The position numbers and the translations under genes were made by a program. A DNA stretch of 62,501 nucleotides, from contig JAUIEX010000003.1 of assembly GCA_030429725.1 (NCBI GenBank), positions 1-62,501 on the forward strand, written 5' to 3'. This DNA comes from Alphaproteobacteria bacterium (GTDB lineage Bacteria; Pseudomonadota; Alphaproteobacteria; Rickettsiales; UBA8987). The notes under the pieces are model-generated. The model was not told the DNA's origin. It did no database searches and saw nothing but the letters and a program-made list of their open reading frames with translations. Below, piece after piece: positions 28,986 to 38,732 of this stretch; within the stretch, counting starts at the first letter, position 1, and each line of letters begins with the position of its first letter.

Positions 28986-29678
28986 CTACGCCGCGCTTAG
29001 CGCGTCCAACAACCCGGCAAACATCGCCGCACCGTCATTATTGCCGGTGTAAAGATCGGCCGCGCGTTCCGGATGTGGCATCATGCCCAGCACATTTTTC
29101 TGCTTATTCACGATTCCGGCAATATTTGCCACCGAACCGTTCGGGTTCGCCGCATCGCCCGCATTGCCGGCTGCATCCACATAGCGGAAGGCAACCTGCC
29201 GGTTATCTTCCAGCGCCGCCAAACCGGCCTCATCAATCACATAATTGCCGTCATGATGGGCAATCGGAATGCGAATCACCTGCCCCGTTTCATAACCCGC
29301 CGTGAAGGCGCTGCCGGTTTCTTCCACGCGCAGATGCACATCCTTACAGATAAATTTCAGCTGACGATTGCGCATCAACACGCCGGGCAGCAGCCCGCTT
29401 TCACACAGCACCTGAAACCCGTTACACACGCCCAGCACCAGCCCGCCTTTTTCCGCGTGGGCTTTAACCTCACGCATGATCGGCGAATGCGCCGCCACCG
29501 CGCCGCAGCGCAGATAATCACCGTAGGAAAACCCGCCGGGTGCCACCACAAGATCGCTCTTCGGCAATTCGGAATCCGCATGCCACACCGCGTGCACTTC
29601 CATGCCGGAAGCTTCCAGCGCCGTGCGCATGTCACGGTCACAATTAGAGCCGGGAAAAGTGATGACGGAGGCTTTCAT
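28986..29678 (-). CDS. purQ: Phosphoribosylformylglycinamidine synthase subunit PurQ
   Basis: FPGSNCDRD, PGGFSYGDYLR, GVCNGFQ, GMMPHPER; start MKASV at 29678. Confidence 0.96.
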   Translation of the reverse strand: MKASVITFPGSNCDRDMRTALEASGMEVHAVWHADSELPKSDLVVAPGGFSYGDYLRCGAVAAHSPIMREVKAHAEKGGLVLGVCNGFQVLCESGLLPGVLMRNRQLKFICKDVHLRVEETGSAFTAGYETGQVIRIPIAHHDGNYVIDEAGLAALEDNRQVAFRYVDAAGNAGDAANPNGSVANIAGIVNKQKNVLGMMPHPERAADLYTGNNDGAAMFAGLLDALSAA

Positions 29679-29817
29679 GCGCCGCTTATAGCCCTTTTTA
29701 TACGCTCCAGCCAGCAAAAATGCGCCATAGCATACAACCGTCATCTGTAAGGATGCCGCGCAAATACCCGTTGCCATTTTCCGATAGCGGCGCTAGGCCA
29801 AAGAGGGAGGATTTCCG

Positions 29818-31338
29818 ATGGTTTCACGCATTGCCACAGTGGCTTTTGAGGGCATTGACGTGCGTCTGGTGGATGTGCAGGTGCAGATCAGCGGCGGCGG
29901 CAGCCATTTCACCATTGTTGGCCTGCCGGATAAGGCAGTGGCGGAAAGCCGGGAGCGTGTACGCTCCGCCCTGTCTTCCATCGGGCTTGGTTTGCCGCCG
30001 GATCGCATCACGGTGAATCTTTCCCCGGCGGATATCCTCAAAGAAGGCAGCCATTTTGACCTTCCGATTGCGCTGGGTTTGCTGATGGCAACCGGCGTTC
30101 TGCCGCAGGATGCCTGCGAAGGGATGGTGGCGCTGGGAGAGCTGGCGCTGGATGGGCGCTTAAGCCATGTTAACGGTGTGCTGCCGGCGGCCATGGGCGC
30201 TTCGGCGCGTGATCTGGGGCTGATCTGCCCGGCGGAAAATGGTGCGGAGGCCGCATGGGCCGGTGAAAATCTGGAGATTCTGGCGCCGGCCAGCCTGCTG
30301 GAAATCATCAATCATTTTAAAGGGGATGTGCCTCTTGCGCGCCCGCAGCCCGTGCTGGAGGAAGAAGCGGCGGATTATCCGGACATGGCGGAAATTCGTG
30401 GCCAGCAAACGGCCAGACGGGCACTGGAAATTGCCGCCGCCGGCGGGCATAATCTGCTGATGAGCGGCCCTCCGGGTGCGGGGAAATCCATGCTGGCCAG
30501 CCGCCTTCCGGGCATTCTGCCGGCACTCAAACCGCAGGAAATGCTGGAATTGAGCATGATCCACTCTATTGCCGGGCAGTTAAAACAGGGGCGGCTGACG
30601 CGCCGGCGCCCGTTCCGCAGCCCGCATCATAACTGCTCTATGCCGGCGATGACAGGCGGCGGCAGGCAGGCTAAACCGGGGGAAATCAGTCTGGCACATC
30701 AGGGGGTATTGTTTCTCGATGAGCTGCCGGAATTCCCGGCACAAGTGCTGGATAGCCTGCGCCAGCCGCTGGAAAGCCGGGAAGTTTCCATTGCACGCGT
30801 GCAGGCGCATATCACCTATCCCGCCGATGTGCAGCTGATTGCCGCCATGAACCCCTGCCGCTGCGGCTATCTGGATGATCCGGGGCGGGCATGCAGCCGT
30901 GCGCCGCGCTGCGCGGTGGATTATCAGGCAAAATTATCCGGCCCGCTGCTGGATCGGATCGACCTGCATATTGAAGTGCCGGCACTCAGGCCGCAGGAAA
31001 TCACCAGCCTGCAACCGGGCGAAGATAGCGCCACGGTACGTGCCCGCGTGATGGCGGCGCGGCAATTGCAACAACAGCGCTACGCAGAAACAAAAACGGC
31101 CTGCAATGCACGGGCGGAAGGGGATCTGCTTTTGGCTTCCTGCCGGATGGACGGGGTGGCAAAGACGCTGCTGGAGCAGGGGGTGGAGAAGTTAGGGCTT
31201 TCCATGCGCGGCTATAACCGCATTCTGCGCGTGGCGCGCACCATTGCCGATCTGGCCACATCACAGGAAATTACGGAAGATCATGTGGCGGAGGCACTCT
31301 CCTATCGCCAGATGGCGCATCTGAAACAGGCCGCCTGA
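29818..31338 (+). CDS. comM: YifB/ComM Mg-chelatase-like AAA+ ATPase
   Basis: VGLPDKAVAESRERV, GPPGAGKS, LFLDELPEF, AMNPCRCG. Confidence 0.92.
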   Translation: MVSRIATVAFEGIDVRLVDVQVQISGGGSHFTIVGLPDKAVAESRERVRSALSSIGLGLPPDRITVNLSPADILKEGSHFDLPIALGLLMATGVLPQDACEGMVALGELALDGRLSHVNGVLPAAMGASARDLGLICPAENGAEAAWAGENLEILAPASLLEIINHFKGDVPLARPQPVLEEEAADYPDMAEIRGQQTARRALEIAAAGGHNLLMSGPPGAGKSMLASRLPGILPALKPQEMLELSMIHSIAGQLKQGRLTRRRPFRSPHHNCSMPAMTGGGRQAKPGEISLAHQGVLFLDELPEFPAQVLDSLRQPLESREVSIARVQAHITYPADVQLIAAMNPCRCGYLDDPGRACSRAPRCAVDYQAKLSGPLLDRIDLHIEVPALRPQEITSLQPGEDSATVRARVMAARQLQQQRYAETKTACNARAEGDLLLASCRMDGVAKTLLEQGVEKLGLSMRGYNRILRVARTIADLATSQEITEDHVAEALSYRQMAHLKQAA

Positions 31339-31392
31339 TCCGCACGCCGGGCTTGAAGCCATCGAAGCGGCGTAACCGCAAAAAGAACCTGC

Positions 31393-31773
31393 CTACTGAT
31401 TTTCTCGCCTGATTTCTTTGCTAAGCGCCGCAAAATAGGCAGCAATCATCACAAGCAAAACGAAGATCGGCGACATAAACATTAGCATGGCGTAACCAAT
31501 ATTAACACCTGTGGATATATCAAAAAAAATATCAATCGGAGCATATCCCCACAATATTATTGTGACCGCCAGCCCCCACAAACAGGCAAAGCGGCAGGCA
31601 GCCTTATTCAGATTAAAAATACCGGCCGCCAGCGTAAAAATGATGAAACTGAATGAGGCAAGTATGATCAAATTAACGATATCAGACTCTAAATTGTAAA
31701 ACTTTCCCGTAAGCAAAATTGAGATAACCGGCACAATAGCGGCATATATACAATAAGGATAAAGTGAACGCAT
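31393..31773 (-). CDS. Small AT-rich membrane protein (about 4 TM)
   Basis: 126 aa, almost wholly hydrophobic; no family recognised. Confidence 0.55.
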   Translation of the reverse strand: MRSLYPYCIYAAIVPVISILLTGKFYNLESDIVNLIILASFSFIIFTLAAGIFNLNKAACRFACLWGLAVTIILWGYAPIDIFFDISTGVNIGYAMLMFMSPIFVLLVMIAAYFAALSKEIRRENQ

Positions 31774-31899
31774 AACCTGTTAATCCTAGATGATCAGACG
31801 AATCACGTAAAATAAAATCTCAGAATTATCGTAGCAGCAACAGCACCTGTTTTGTTATGTCGCATTTTCAACCGCCCATTATCAGCAGCAGCACGGCAT

Positions 31900-31926
31900 A
31901 AAAAAACCCGCATAAAGCGGGTTTTT
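31900..31926. terminator. Rho-independent terminator downstream of rpsU (bidirectional shape)
   Basis: A7-CCCGC-ataaa-GCGGG-T5. Confidence 0.8.
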
Positions 31927-31958
31927 CTACTTCGTGACAGTGCCACGGAAGGGCATGC

Positions 31959-32156
31959 TTATTCGTAGCGCTTGCGAGCCAGCTTACGCGCGCGGCGTAC
32001 GGACTCCTGCTGCTGACGTACACGTTTTTCAGACGGTTTCTCATAGAAACGACGTTGTTTCATCTCACGATAGACACCCTCGCGCTGAAGTTTCTTCTTC
32101 AGCACACGAATGGCCTGTTCGACGTTATTATCACGTACATGTACTTCCACAGACAT
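31959..32156 (-). CDS. rpsU: 30S ribosomal protein S21
   Basis: [21 protein letters not shown]...YEKPSEKR. Confidence 0.97.
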   Translation of the reverse strand: MSVEVHVRDNNVEQAIRVLKKKLQREGVYREMKQRRFYEKPSEKRVRQQQESVRRARKLARKRYE

Positions 32157-32197
32157 TACCCCCTTTACGGAATTTCTAAGGTTTAAAATGGGCGCTG

Positions 32198-32226
32198 AAG
32201 ATGCGCGAAAAGCCCTGCAAAGTCAA
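32198..32226 (-). promoter_or_regulatory. Sigma70-type promoter of rpsU
   Basis: TTGACT-N17-CATCTT on the minus strand. Confidence 0.55.
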
Positions 32227-32255
32227 GCATGAATGCCCGTTACGGCTAAATTAAC

Positions 32256-33053
32256 CTATTGCAGGCGGCTGCGGAAGGAGGTGAACCCTTCCTCCCGGAA
32301 AAGGCTGCGTGCTTTTTCACTATGAAGAAAACGTAGAAAATCCCGCGCCGGCGCCATGTTATCCCCGGCCACCACCGCCGCCTGATAGATTGGCCGCGTA
32401 TGGAGTTCCGGCGGAATCTGAATCAGCGAAACCAGATCATCCTGCCGGTGGAGCTGGCTGCGGTAAAGAAAGCCCGCGCCGCTGCCACGGCGGATCAGAT
32501 AGGCCGCATTGGCCGCCGAAGGCGTGATAATCACAAAAGGCTCAATATCCTCCCAGTGCCCGGTATGTTGCAAACTTTCTTTAGCGTAGCGCCCAAGGCT
32601 GGTCATTTGCGGGTCGGGCAGGATAAACAGGATTTTTTCGTTAATGCCGGTCAACATGCTGGCAAAAGGCTGGTCGCGGTTGAGCACCCGATCCAGAAGG
32701 GAATGTTTCTTAGCGGCAAAGACCAGCCCGTCATCCACCAACACGGAAAGAGTTTGCACATCAATCACGCCCTGCCGCTTCAAATCGCGCATAATGATAT
32801 CATCTTCCATGATCACCAGATCGGAAGGATCGCCCTGATTAATCGCCTCGGCAATTTCTCCGGGAGATTCAAACACCACGGAAATGATAACATCTTTCTC
32901 GGCGGAATAATGACGCGCCAGCTTGGTCAGAACCGTCGTCAACGGGGTGCTGGCCAGCACGGTCACGATGGATTTTTCCTGCCGTGCCGCCTGCGCGGAA
33001 GCGGTGGCAAATAACAGGCAAAGCACATTCAGAATCAGGCAGAAAAGTCTCAT
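32256..33053 (-). CDS. modA: Molybdate ABC transporter substrate-binding protein-like
   Basis: Signal peptide, PDP...LGRYAKESL, H.PIYQAAVV, FLHSEKARSLF; divergent from typical ModA. Confidence 0.7.
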   Translation of the reverse strand: MRLFCLILNVLCLLFATASAQAARQEKSIVTVLASTPLTTVLTKLARHYSAEKDVIISVVFESPGEIAEAINQGDPSDLVIMEDDIIMRDLKRQGVIDVQTLSVLVDDGLVFAAKKHSLLDRVLNRDQPFASMLTGINEKILFILPDPQMTSLGRYAKESLQHTGHWEDIEPFVIITPSAANAAYLIRRGSGAGFLYRSQLHRQDDLVSLIQIPPELHTRPIYQAAVVAGDNMAPARDFLRFLHSEKARSLFREEGFTSFRSRLQ

Positions 33054-33838
33054 GCAAGCAACTCCTTCAAAGCCATGCCGGGGTCATTCTGCCGCATGAA
33101 ATGTTCTCCAATCAGAAAAGCCTGCGCCCCGGCAGCGCGTGCGCGGGCAATATCTTCCCGCGTGGTGATGCCGCTTTCACACACCAGCAATGCATCTTCC
33201 GGCGCCAGCAGCGCCAGCCGCTCCGTGGTGGCAAGGCTGACCTCCATCGTCTTTAAATTGCGGTTATTGATTCCAATCAGGCGGCTTTCCATGGTCAGGG
33301 CACGCCGCATTTCGGCCTCATCATGCACTTCAATCAGCACATCCATCCCCAGATCAAGTGCCGCACGCTCCAATAACCCCGCCGTCTCATCCTCCAGCGC
33401 GGCCAAAATCAGCAAAATGCAATCCGCACCCAGCGCACGCGCCTCCGTCACCTGATAGGAATCAAGCATGAAATCCTTGCGCAGGCAGGGCAGCGAAACT
33501 GCGGCGGCAATCTGCTCCAGATAAGCATCCCTGCCCTGAAAAAACGGCTCATCCGTGAGAACCGAAAGACACGCCGCGCCATGGGTCTGGTAGGAATCTG
33601 CAATCGCCAGCGGGTCAAAATCTTCCCGGATCAGCCCCTTACTGGGCGAGGCCTTTTTCACCTCCGCAATCACCGCCACCTCTCCGTCCGCCGCACGGCG
33701 GCGCAGCGTCCGGGCGAAGCCTTTGGGTGGGGTGGCCTGCTGTGCCTTTTCCTTCAACGCCGCATGGGGCACATCAGCTTTGCAGCGCTCAATATGCGTG
33801 CGCTTCATGCGTAAAATTTGTTCCAGAACGGCAACCAT
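33050..33838 (-). CDS. trpC: Indole-3-glycerol phosphate synthase
   Basis: IAEVKKASPSKG, LSVLTD, LRKDF, GINNRNL, ESGI. Confidence 0.96.
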   Translation of the reverse strand: MVAVLEQILRMKRTHIERCKADVPHAALKEKAQQATPPKGFARTLRRRAADGEVAVIAEVKKASPSKGLIREDFDPLAIADSYQTHGAACLSVLTDEPFFQGRDAYLEQIAAAVSLPCLRKDFMLDSYQVTEARALGADCILLILAALEDETAGLLERAALDLGMDVLIEVHDEAEMRRALTMESRLIGINNRNLKTMEVSLATTERLALLAPEDALLVCESGITTREDIARARAAGAQAFLIGEHFMRQNDPGMALKELLA

Positions 33839-33928
33839 ATCTCTGCTTATGCCATCATCGCGCCGGCTTTTCCATCAGGCTTTTGCTTCCGCATTGCCAT
33901 AACTGGTATTTTTGGCTAAAACTGAGCC

Positions 33929-34222
33929 ATGCAAGCGCGAATTTATCAACCGGAAAAAACCCCGATGCAATCAGGCAAGGCGAAAACGAAACGCTGGGTG
34001 CTGGAATATGACAAGCAAACCAAGCGCTTTAACGACCTGCTGATGGGCTGGGTTGGCACGGAAGAAACCCTTCAGCAAGTGCGGCTAACCTTCGATTCCT
34101 GTGAGGAAGCGATCCGCTATGCCGAGCATGCCGGGCTAAATTATAAAATTTATGAGCCGAAAAAGCGCACGCCGGTTATCAAGACATATGCGGATAATTT
34201 CACCAAACCGGTGGCGGGGTAA
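33929..34222 (+). CDS. ETC complex I subunit (NDUFS4 homologue)
   Basis: ARIYQP.K..MQSGKAKT..W, LMGW, QVRLTF, YADNF. Confidence 0.9.
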   Translation: MQARIYQPEKTPMQSGKAKTKRWVLEYDKQTKRFNDLLMGWVGTEETLQQVRLTFDSCEEAIRYAEHAGLNYKIYEPKKRTPVIKTYADNFTKPVAG

Positions 34223-34224
34223 CC

Positions 34225-34959
34225 ATGGCCGGACATTCCAAATGGGCGAATATCAAACATCGCAAGGGCGCGCAGGATAAAAAACGTGGCAATATGTTCA
34301 CCAAGCTGGCGCGGGAAATTATCGTCGCCGCCAAGATGGGGCAGCCTGACCCGGCCTTTAACCCGCGTCTGCGGCTGGCCATTTCTGCGGCCAAGGCGCA
34401 ATCCATGCCGAAGGATCGGATTGATACCGCCATCAAAAAAGGCTCCGGGGAGCTGAGCGAGGGCGAAAATTTTGAAGAGGTGCGTTATGAGGGTTTTGGC
34501 GCCAATGGCGTGGCGCTGATGATTGAATGTTTGACGGATAACCGCAACCGCACCGCCTCGGAAGTGCGCACGGCGCTGAATAAAAATGGCGGCAATCTGG
34601 GCGAAACCGGCAGTGTTGGCTTCATGTTCCGCCAGGTTGGCTTTCTGCAATATCCGCTGACGACCGAAGACGGCAAGGAAATTTCTGCTGACGCCATGTT
34701 CGAAGCGGCACTGGAAGCCGGGGCGGATAACGCCGAGACGGATGAGGAGATGCACACCATCACCTGTGCACCGGATGATTTTTCCGCCGTGCGGGATGTG
34801 CTGGCCGAAAAATTTGGTGACGCGCAAGTAGGCAGGCTTGCTTTTCTGCCGGAGACAGAGGCGGAGCTGGACGATGACGGGCTGGAAAAACTCTCAAACC
34901 TGATCGACAAGCTGGAAGATCTGGACGACGTACAGCATGTCTATGCTAATGTTTCCTGA
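34225..34959 (+). CDS. yebC: YebC/PmpR family protein
   Basis: MAGHSKWANIKHRKGAQD, YEGFG, TDNRNRT, DDVQHVYAN. Confidence 0.96.
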   Translation: MAGHSKWANIKHRKGAQDKKRGNMFTKLAREIIVAAKMGQPDPAFNPRLRLAISAAKAQSMPKDRIDTAIKKGSGELSEGENFEEVRYEGFGANGVALMIECLTDNRNRTASEVRTALNKNGGNLGETGSVGFMFRQVGFLQYPLTTEDGKEISADAMFEAALEAGADNAETDEEMHTITCAPDDFSAVRDVLAEKFGDAQVGRLAFLPETEAELDDDGLEKLSNLIDKLEDLDDVQHVYANVS

Positions 34960-34976
34960 TTAAGTCAGGCAGCCGC

Positions 34977-36560
34977 TCACCCACCCAGCTGCTGTTTGGC
35001 GGCGCGTTCTTTCATTGCGGCCACGCGCTCTTCCGGGCTTTGCACGGCGGAAACCTTCTCCCCCGTGGTTTGGGAAAGCCCGGTGCTAACGGAGCTGCCC
35101 ATTTGTGCCGCCGCAGCGTGGATGGCATCCATATTCTCCATTTTCTGCGCGGACTGGCTGGCCTGTGCCATGGAGGCTTTGGCCTTGCTGACAGTGCTGG
35201 TTTCCTGCGCTTCTTTCATTTCTTTAAGCTGCTCCGCACGGTCTTTCTGGGCTTTTTTCAGATCGCTTTGCGTATCCAGACGTTCCAGTGTGCTTTTCAG
35301 TTTAGTTGAACGCTGCTGCACTTCCTGTTTTTTAACAACCGTCGTATCCTTCTTCGGGGCTTCCGGCGTTTGCTCCGCCTCCTCCATGCTGACTCCGGCC
35401 ACGCCCTCATTGGCGTCATCGGTCAGCTTGCGGCGCTCCAGCCCCACCCCAACAAATTTCGCCGCGCGTTTCATCAGCCGGTTCAAAAAGCGTGAAACGG
35501 GCGATTCCTGAATTTCCGTGGCGTTATATTTACTGGTTTTGGGCGTGATCTGCTCCTGCCGGATGGTTTGTTTTCCGGCGGCAGCCTGTTTGGATGGTTG
35601 CGGTTTTTGTTGTTCCTGCTGCTTATCCCGCTGGCGCTTCTCCTGATCCTGCCGCGTAACATTCTGCGCAGGTGTCTCTTTCTGGCGCTGTTGGGCGGCC
35701 TGCGCACGCTGCATCGTTTCCCGCGCGCGCAATGTGCGCTCCGCCTGCATTAAACGTGCCATATCACTCATATAATCCAGCCGGATCAAATCTTTCACCA
35801 GCCTTTTGCTCTGCTCCTGAGCCTGCTCCTGCCCCTTAACGGGCACGGCCACATAAAGCTGATTGCCGCGCTGGCTGAATTCGGCATTGGCAGCATTTTC
35901 CTCACCCAGTAATTCTTCCCCGTGGGGCTGCAGCGCGCCGTGCGCATCGCTGCCGGATTGCCGCAGCTTCGCCCCCAGATTCAGCATCGCCGCCTTGGCA
36001 ATCAACCCCGTGAACAGCGATTTCAGCTTATGCTGCCCCAGCGGCTGGCGGGCGGTTTCCACGCCGGATGCATCCAGTGCGACGGTTTGTAATGTCTCTA
36101 TATCCAGCCTTGTGCCTTCATCCAGCTGCATCAGCTCGGCAATGGCAATTTCTTCCTCATCTTTCAGCATCACCCAGGCGCGACGCAGGGCGGAAAGCGC
36201 GTGCAATTCCTGCAGCAAAGCCAGCAGCTCCTGCGGAGTCAGCACTTCATCCAGCGTTTCAAATTCCCCGGCTTCCAGCGCGTCTGCGTCCTCGGCCACG
36301 GTCACATCGCCCAGGTCATTCACCGCCACCTGCGATTCCTGATCCAGCCCTAATAGCTGCGCCAGCAGCTTCTGCAGATCCTCCCGGCTCATGCCCAGCT
36401 CGGAAAGCACCGCCTCAATCCGCTCCGTCACCGTGGATTGTTCCGCCTGCGAATCTAAACTGCGCAGCCGCTCATTCACATCTTCCAGCAGGCCGTTAAA
36501 GGGCAGCGCGGCAATAGCACCGGCAGGGTTACTTGCAGGGTTGGTGGGTGGCATGGTCAT
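34977..36560 (-). CDS. Orphan coiled-coil, Gln/Lys-rich protein, 527 aa
   Basis: Long ORF 3 nt downstream of the 661-aa orphan (probable operon). Confidence 0.72.
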   Translation of the reverse strand: MTMPPTNPASNPAGAIAALPFNGLLEDVNERLRSLDSQAEQSTVTERIEAVLSELGMSREDLQKLLAQLLGLDQESQVAVNDLGDVTVAEDADALEAGEFETLDEVLTPQELLALLQELHALSALRRAWVMLKDEEEIAIAELMQLDEGTRLDIETLQTVALDASGVETARQPLGQHKLKSLFTGLIAKAAMLNLGAKLRQSGSDAHGALQPHGEELLGEENAANAEFSQRGNQLYVAVPVKGQEQAQEQSKRLVKDLIRLDYMSDMARLMQAERTLRARETMQRAQAAQQRQKETPAQNVTRQDQEKRQRDKQQEQQKPQPSKQAAAGKQTIRQEQITPKTSKYNATEIQESPVSRFLNRLMKRAAKFVGVGLERRKLTDDANEGVAGVSMEEAEQTPEAPKKDTTVVKKQEVQQRSTKLKSTLERLDTQSDLKKAQKDRAEQLKEMKEAQETSTVSKAKASMAQASQSAQKMENMDAIHAAAAQMGSSVSTGLSQTTGEKVSAVQSPEERVAAMKERAAKQQLGG

Positions 36561-36563
36561 CCT

Positions 36564-38549
36564 TTATCGTAAATTTATTTCCTGATCCGCACCAGCCTCT
36601 TTTTCCGCTTCCGCCGCCACAGCATAACCCTCTTTCATTATAGGTTCCGGCTTCCGCCGCTTTTCCATCCTGGCGGCAGCATTTTCTGAGGCTGCATCCA
36701 TGTGACTACGTAATCCATCCGATGCTTGCGGGCGCGGTGCTTTCATTTCTCCTTCAACGGCTTTATCGCGGCCCGCTAGGACTTCTCCCAGCGGGTTGCC
36801 GGCACCTTTGGGCTTGGTGTGTGTCGCCGGCACCTGATTGGCACTATCAGCATCAGCGGGGAGCGGCTCCGGCGGCAAATTGGCGGAAGCAGGTTCCGGT
36901 GCTGTTTTAGGCGGCGCAGATGGGGGCGCGTCCGGCTGGCTATCGGAAAATTTCGGGTCATCCCCCGTCACGGGCGGTGGCGTTGGTTTTGTTGATGCAA
37001 CGGGTGGCGGCGCAACCTTATCACCCTCCGGCCGGCGCGCCAGTGGTTTTGTTTTCGCTGCGGCTTCCGGTTCTTTCGGCGCTTTAGGTTCAGGCGGCTT
37101 TTCCTTCGCCACAGGGGATGGCGCGGGTTCCGGGGCTTTATCCCCGCCATTCGTTACCAACTCCCCTTTGTCATTCACGCTAACCTTCGAAAGCTCCTTT
37201 TGCTCCGATTGTGCGGCGGCGGATGACAGCTTTGGTTCCGGTGGGTTTTTCTTATCCTTGCCCGACATCACTTTTCCATCTTGATTCACGCTAACCTTCG
37301 AAAGCTCCGGCTTGTTGGCAGATGTGGTTTCAGTCGTGTCACCCTTTCTTATATCCGCTGCCGGCGCATCCTGCGGTGTTTCGGCGGGCTTTCCATTCGC
37401 AGGCTTCGCTGTATCCGCCGCCTTCTGATCCGGCGCCTCCTTGCTGCCATCACCGCTCTTTGCCGCAGCGGCACCTGCTGCGGCGGTGATGGCCGGGTCA
37501 ATCCCCCGTTTCATTGCATCTTTTTTCGAACCTTCTTGATTTAGCGTCTGCTGATCGACAAATTTCTGCTTTTCACTGGCCAAAGCCTGCTGCGGAGAGC
37601 AATAAGACCCTTCCGGCAATTCTTCCTGCATTTCCGGCCTCAGGGCATATTCCGGAAAAAATTCTGAAAATTTGGTGGAAATGCTCTTGGCATCGTTTAA
37701 GTTCATGACCGGATCACCGCGCCCAAACAGACCGGATTCGTAAACAAGACCATTAGCATCCAGTTCCCACTCACTGTGCCCCAGCATATTTTTCTTCAGC
37801 TTGCTGTCCAGTATTGCACCAAATTCATAGCCAAGCTGCGCCACAAGAAAGGTAATCTGCTTGCCGCTTAAGCCCTGCGCGCTCAGCTGCTTATGCAGAT
37901 GGCCGGACAAGGCACGGCTGAATTCCATATGCGCACCGCGATAATTTTTCAGCGTTTGCGCCGCCCGTGGACTGCCATTTTCCTGCAACTGGCCAACCGC
38001 TTCCTGCGCCAGACCGTTAAGATAGAAATATTCCACACTGGTTTTGTTGACGTCATTAATTTCCGTATAGCGCCCTGAAATCGCGCCCTGATAAAGCCCC
38101 TTGGCGAAAAGAAAGGGCAGCACCAGCAACAGATTATCCGATTCAATCAGCCCATCTTTCGGGTCAAAGAAAATATACTCCAGCGCGCCGGCGGAAAATT
38201 CCCGTATCTGATAAATGGAAGGGGTAATGGCTTTATCGCCAATTTTAAGGCGCAATTCCTGAAGGTCATCAATCAGCTTCTGCGTGTCGTTAACAAACAC
38301 ATCCCAGCTGAAAAACTCGCCCCTTTCGGCATAGCCAAGGCTGCGAATATCCAGCAAACGGTCATAAACATTCCGGCTTTTGCTTGCCGCCCCCACCGTG
38401 CGCACACCGTTCGGATTGCCGGCATAACGATGCAGGCGGCGCTCCGACTGTGCGGCGGCCCTGTATTCATCCCATTCGGCAACGGGATCAAGATCATCGG
38501 CATTAAAGCCGATGGTTGAACCGATCCCTGTGTTGCGATCATCCGCCAT
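36564..38549 (-). CDS. Orphan protein, 661 aa, with Pro/Ala/Lys-rich disordered C-terminal half
   Basis: Long ORF with GGAG RBS, CtrA-type promoter and an internal 25-bp duplication. Confidence 0.75.
   Translation of the reverse strand: MADDRNTGIGSTIGFNADDLDPVAEWDEYRAAAQSERRLHRYAGNPNGVRTVGAASKSRNVYDRLLDIRSLGYAERGEFFSWDVFVNDTQKLIDDLQELRLKIGDKAITPSIYQIREFSAGALEYIFFDPKDGLIESDNLLLVLPFLFAKGLYQGAISGRYTEINDVNKTSVEYFYLNGLAQEAVGQLQENGSPRAAQTLKNYRGAHMEFSRALSGHLHKQLSAQGLSGKQITFLVAQLGYEFGAILDSKLKKNMLGHSEWELDANGLVYESGLFGRGDPVMNLNDAKSISTKFSEFFPEYALRPEMQEELPEGSYCSPQQALASEKQKFVDQQTLNQEGSKKDAMKRGIDPAITAAAGAAAAKSGDGSKEAPDQKAADTAKPANGKPAETPQDAPAADIRKGDTTETTSANKPELSKVSVNQDGKVMSGKDKKNPPEPKLSSAAAQSEQKELSKVSVNDKGELVTNGGDKAPEPAPSPVAKEKPPEPKAPKEPEAAAKTKPLARRPEGDKVAPPPVASTKPTPPPVTGDDPKFSDSQPDAPPSAPPKTAPEPASANLPPEPLPADADSANQVPATHTKPKGAGNPLGEVLAGRDKAVEGEMKAPRPQASDGLRSHMDAASENAAARMEKRRKPEPIMKEGYAVAAEAEKEAGADQEINLR
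37173..37308. repeat. Exact 25-bp direct repeat pair (ELSKVSVN) inside the orphan ORF
   Basis: ATTCACGCTAACCTTCGAAAGCTCC at 37173-37197 and 37284-37308. Confidence 0.9.
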
Positions 38550-38565
38550 AAAAACTCCAACTTTT

Positions 38566-38597
38566 AGTATAGCATCAGGGGCTTAACAAAGGGTTAA
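38566..38597 (-). promoter_or_regulatory. CtrA-type box plus -10 element
   Basis: Perfect TTAA-ccctttg-TTAA-N11-TATACT. Confidence 0.8.
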
Positions 38598-38732
38598 GCA
38601 CACGCGGTTTTTGGGTTGGAAGGCACTTTATTTCCTCCTATCACGGCGCACCCACGGCAAAGGAAATTTCCGGCGCCACAAACCTGCCTCGGCTTTTGGC
38701 CTCACAAGAATGTCTGGAGCAAGAAATAGCGG

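Noticed and set aside
38600-38730. Possible riboswitch in the intergenic region
   Set aside because: No recognisable conserved riboswitch motifs, and it lies downstream of ppk1-ppx and upstream of the orphan promoter, so probably outside the 5' UTR
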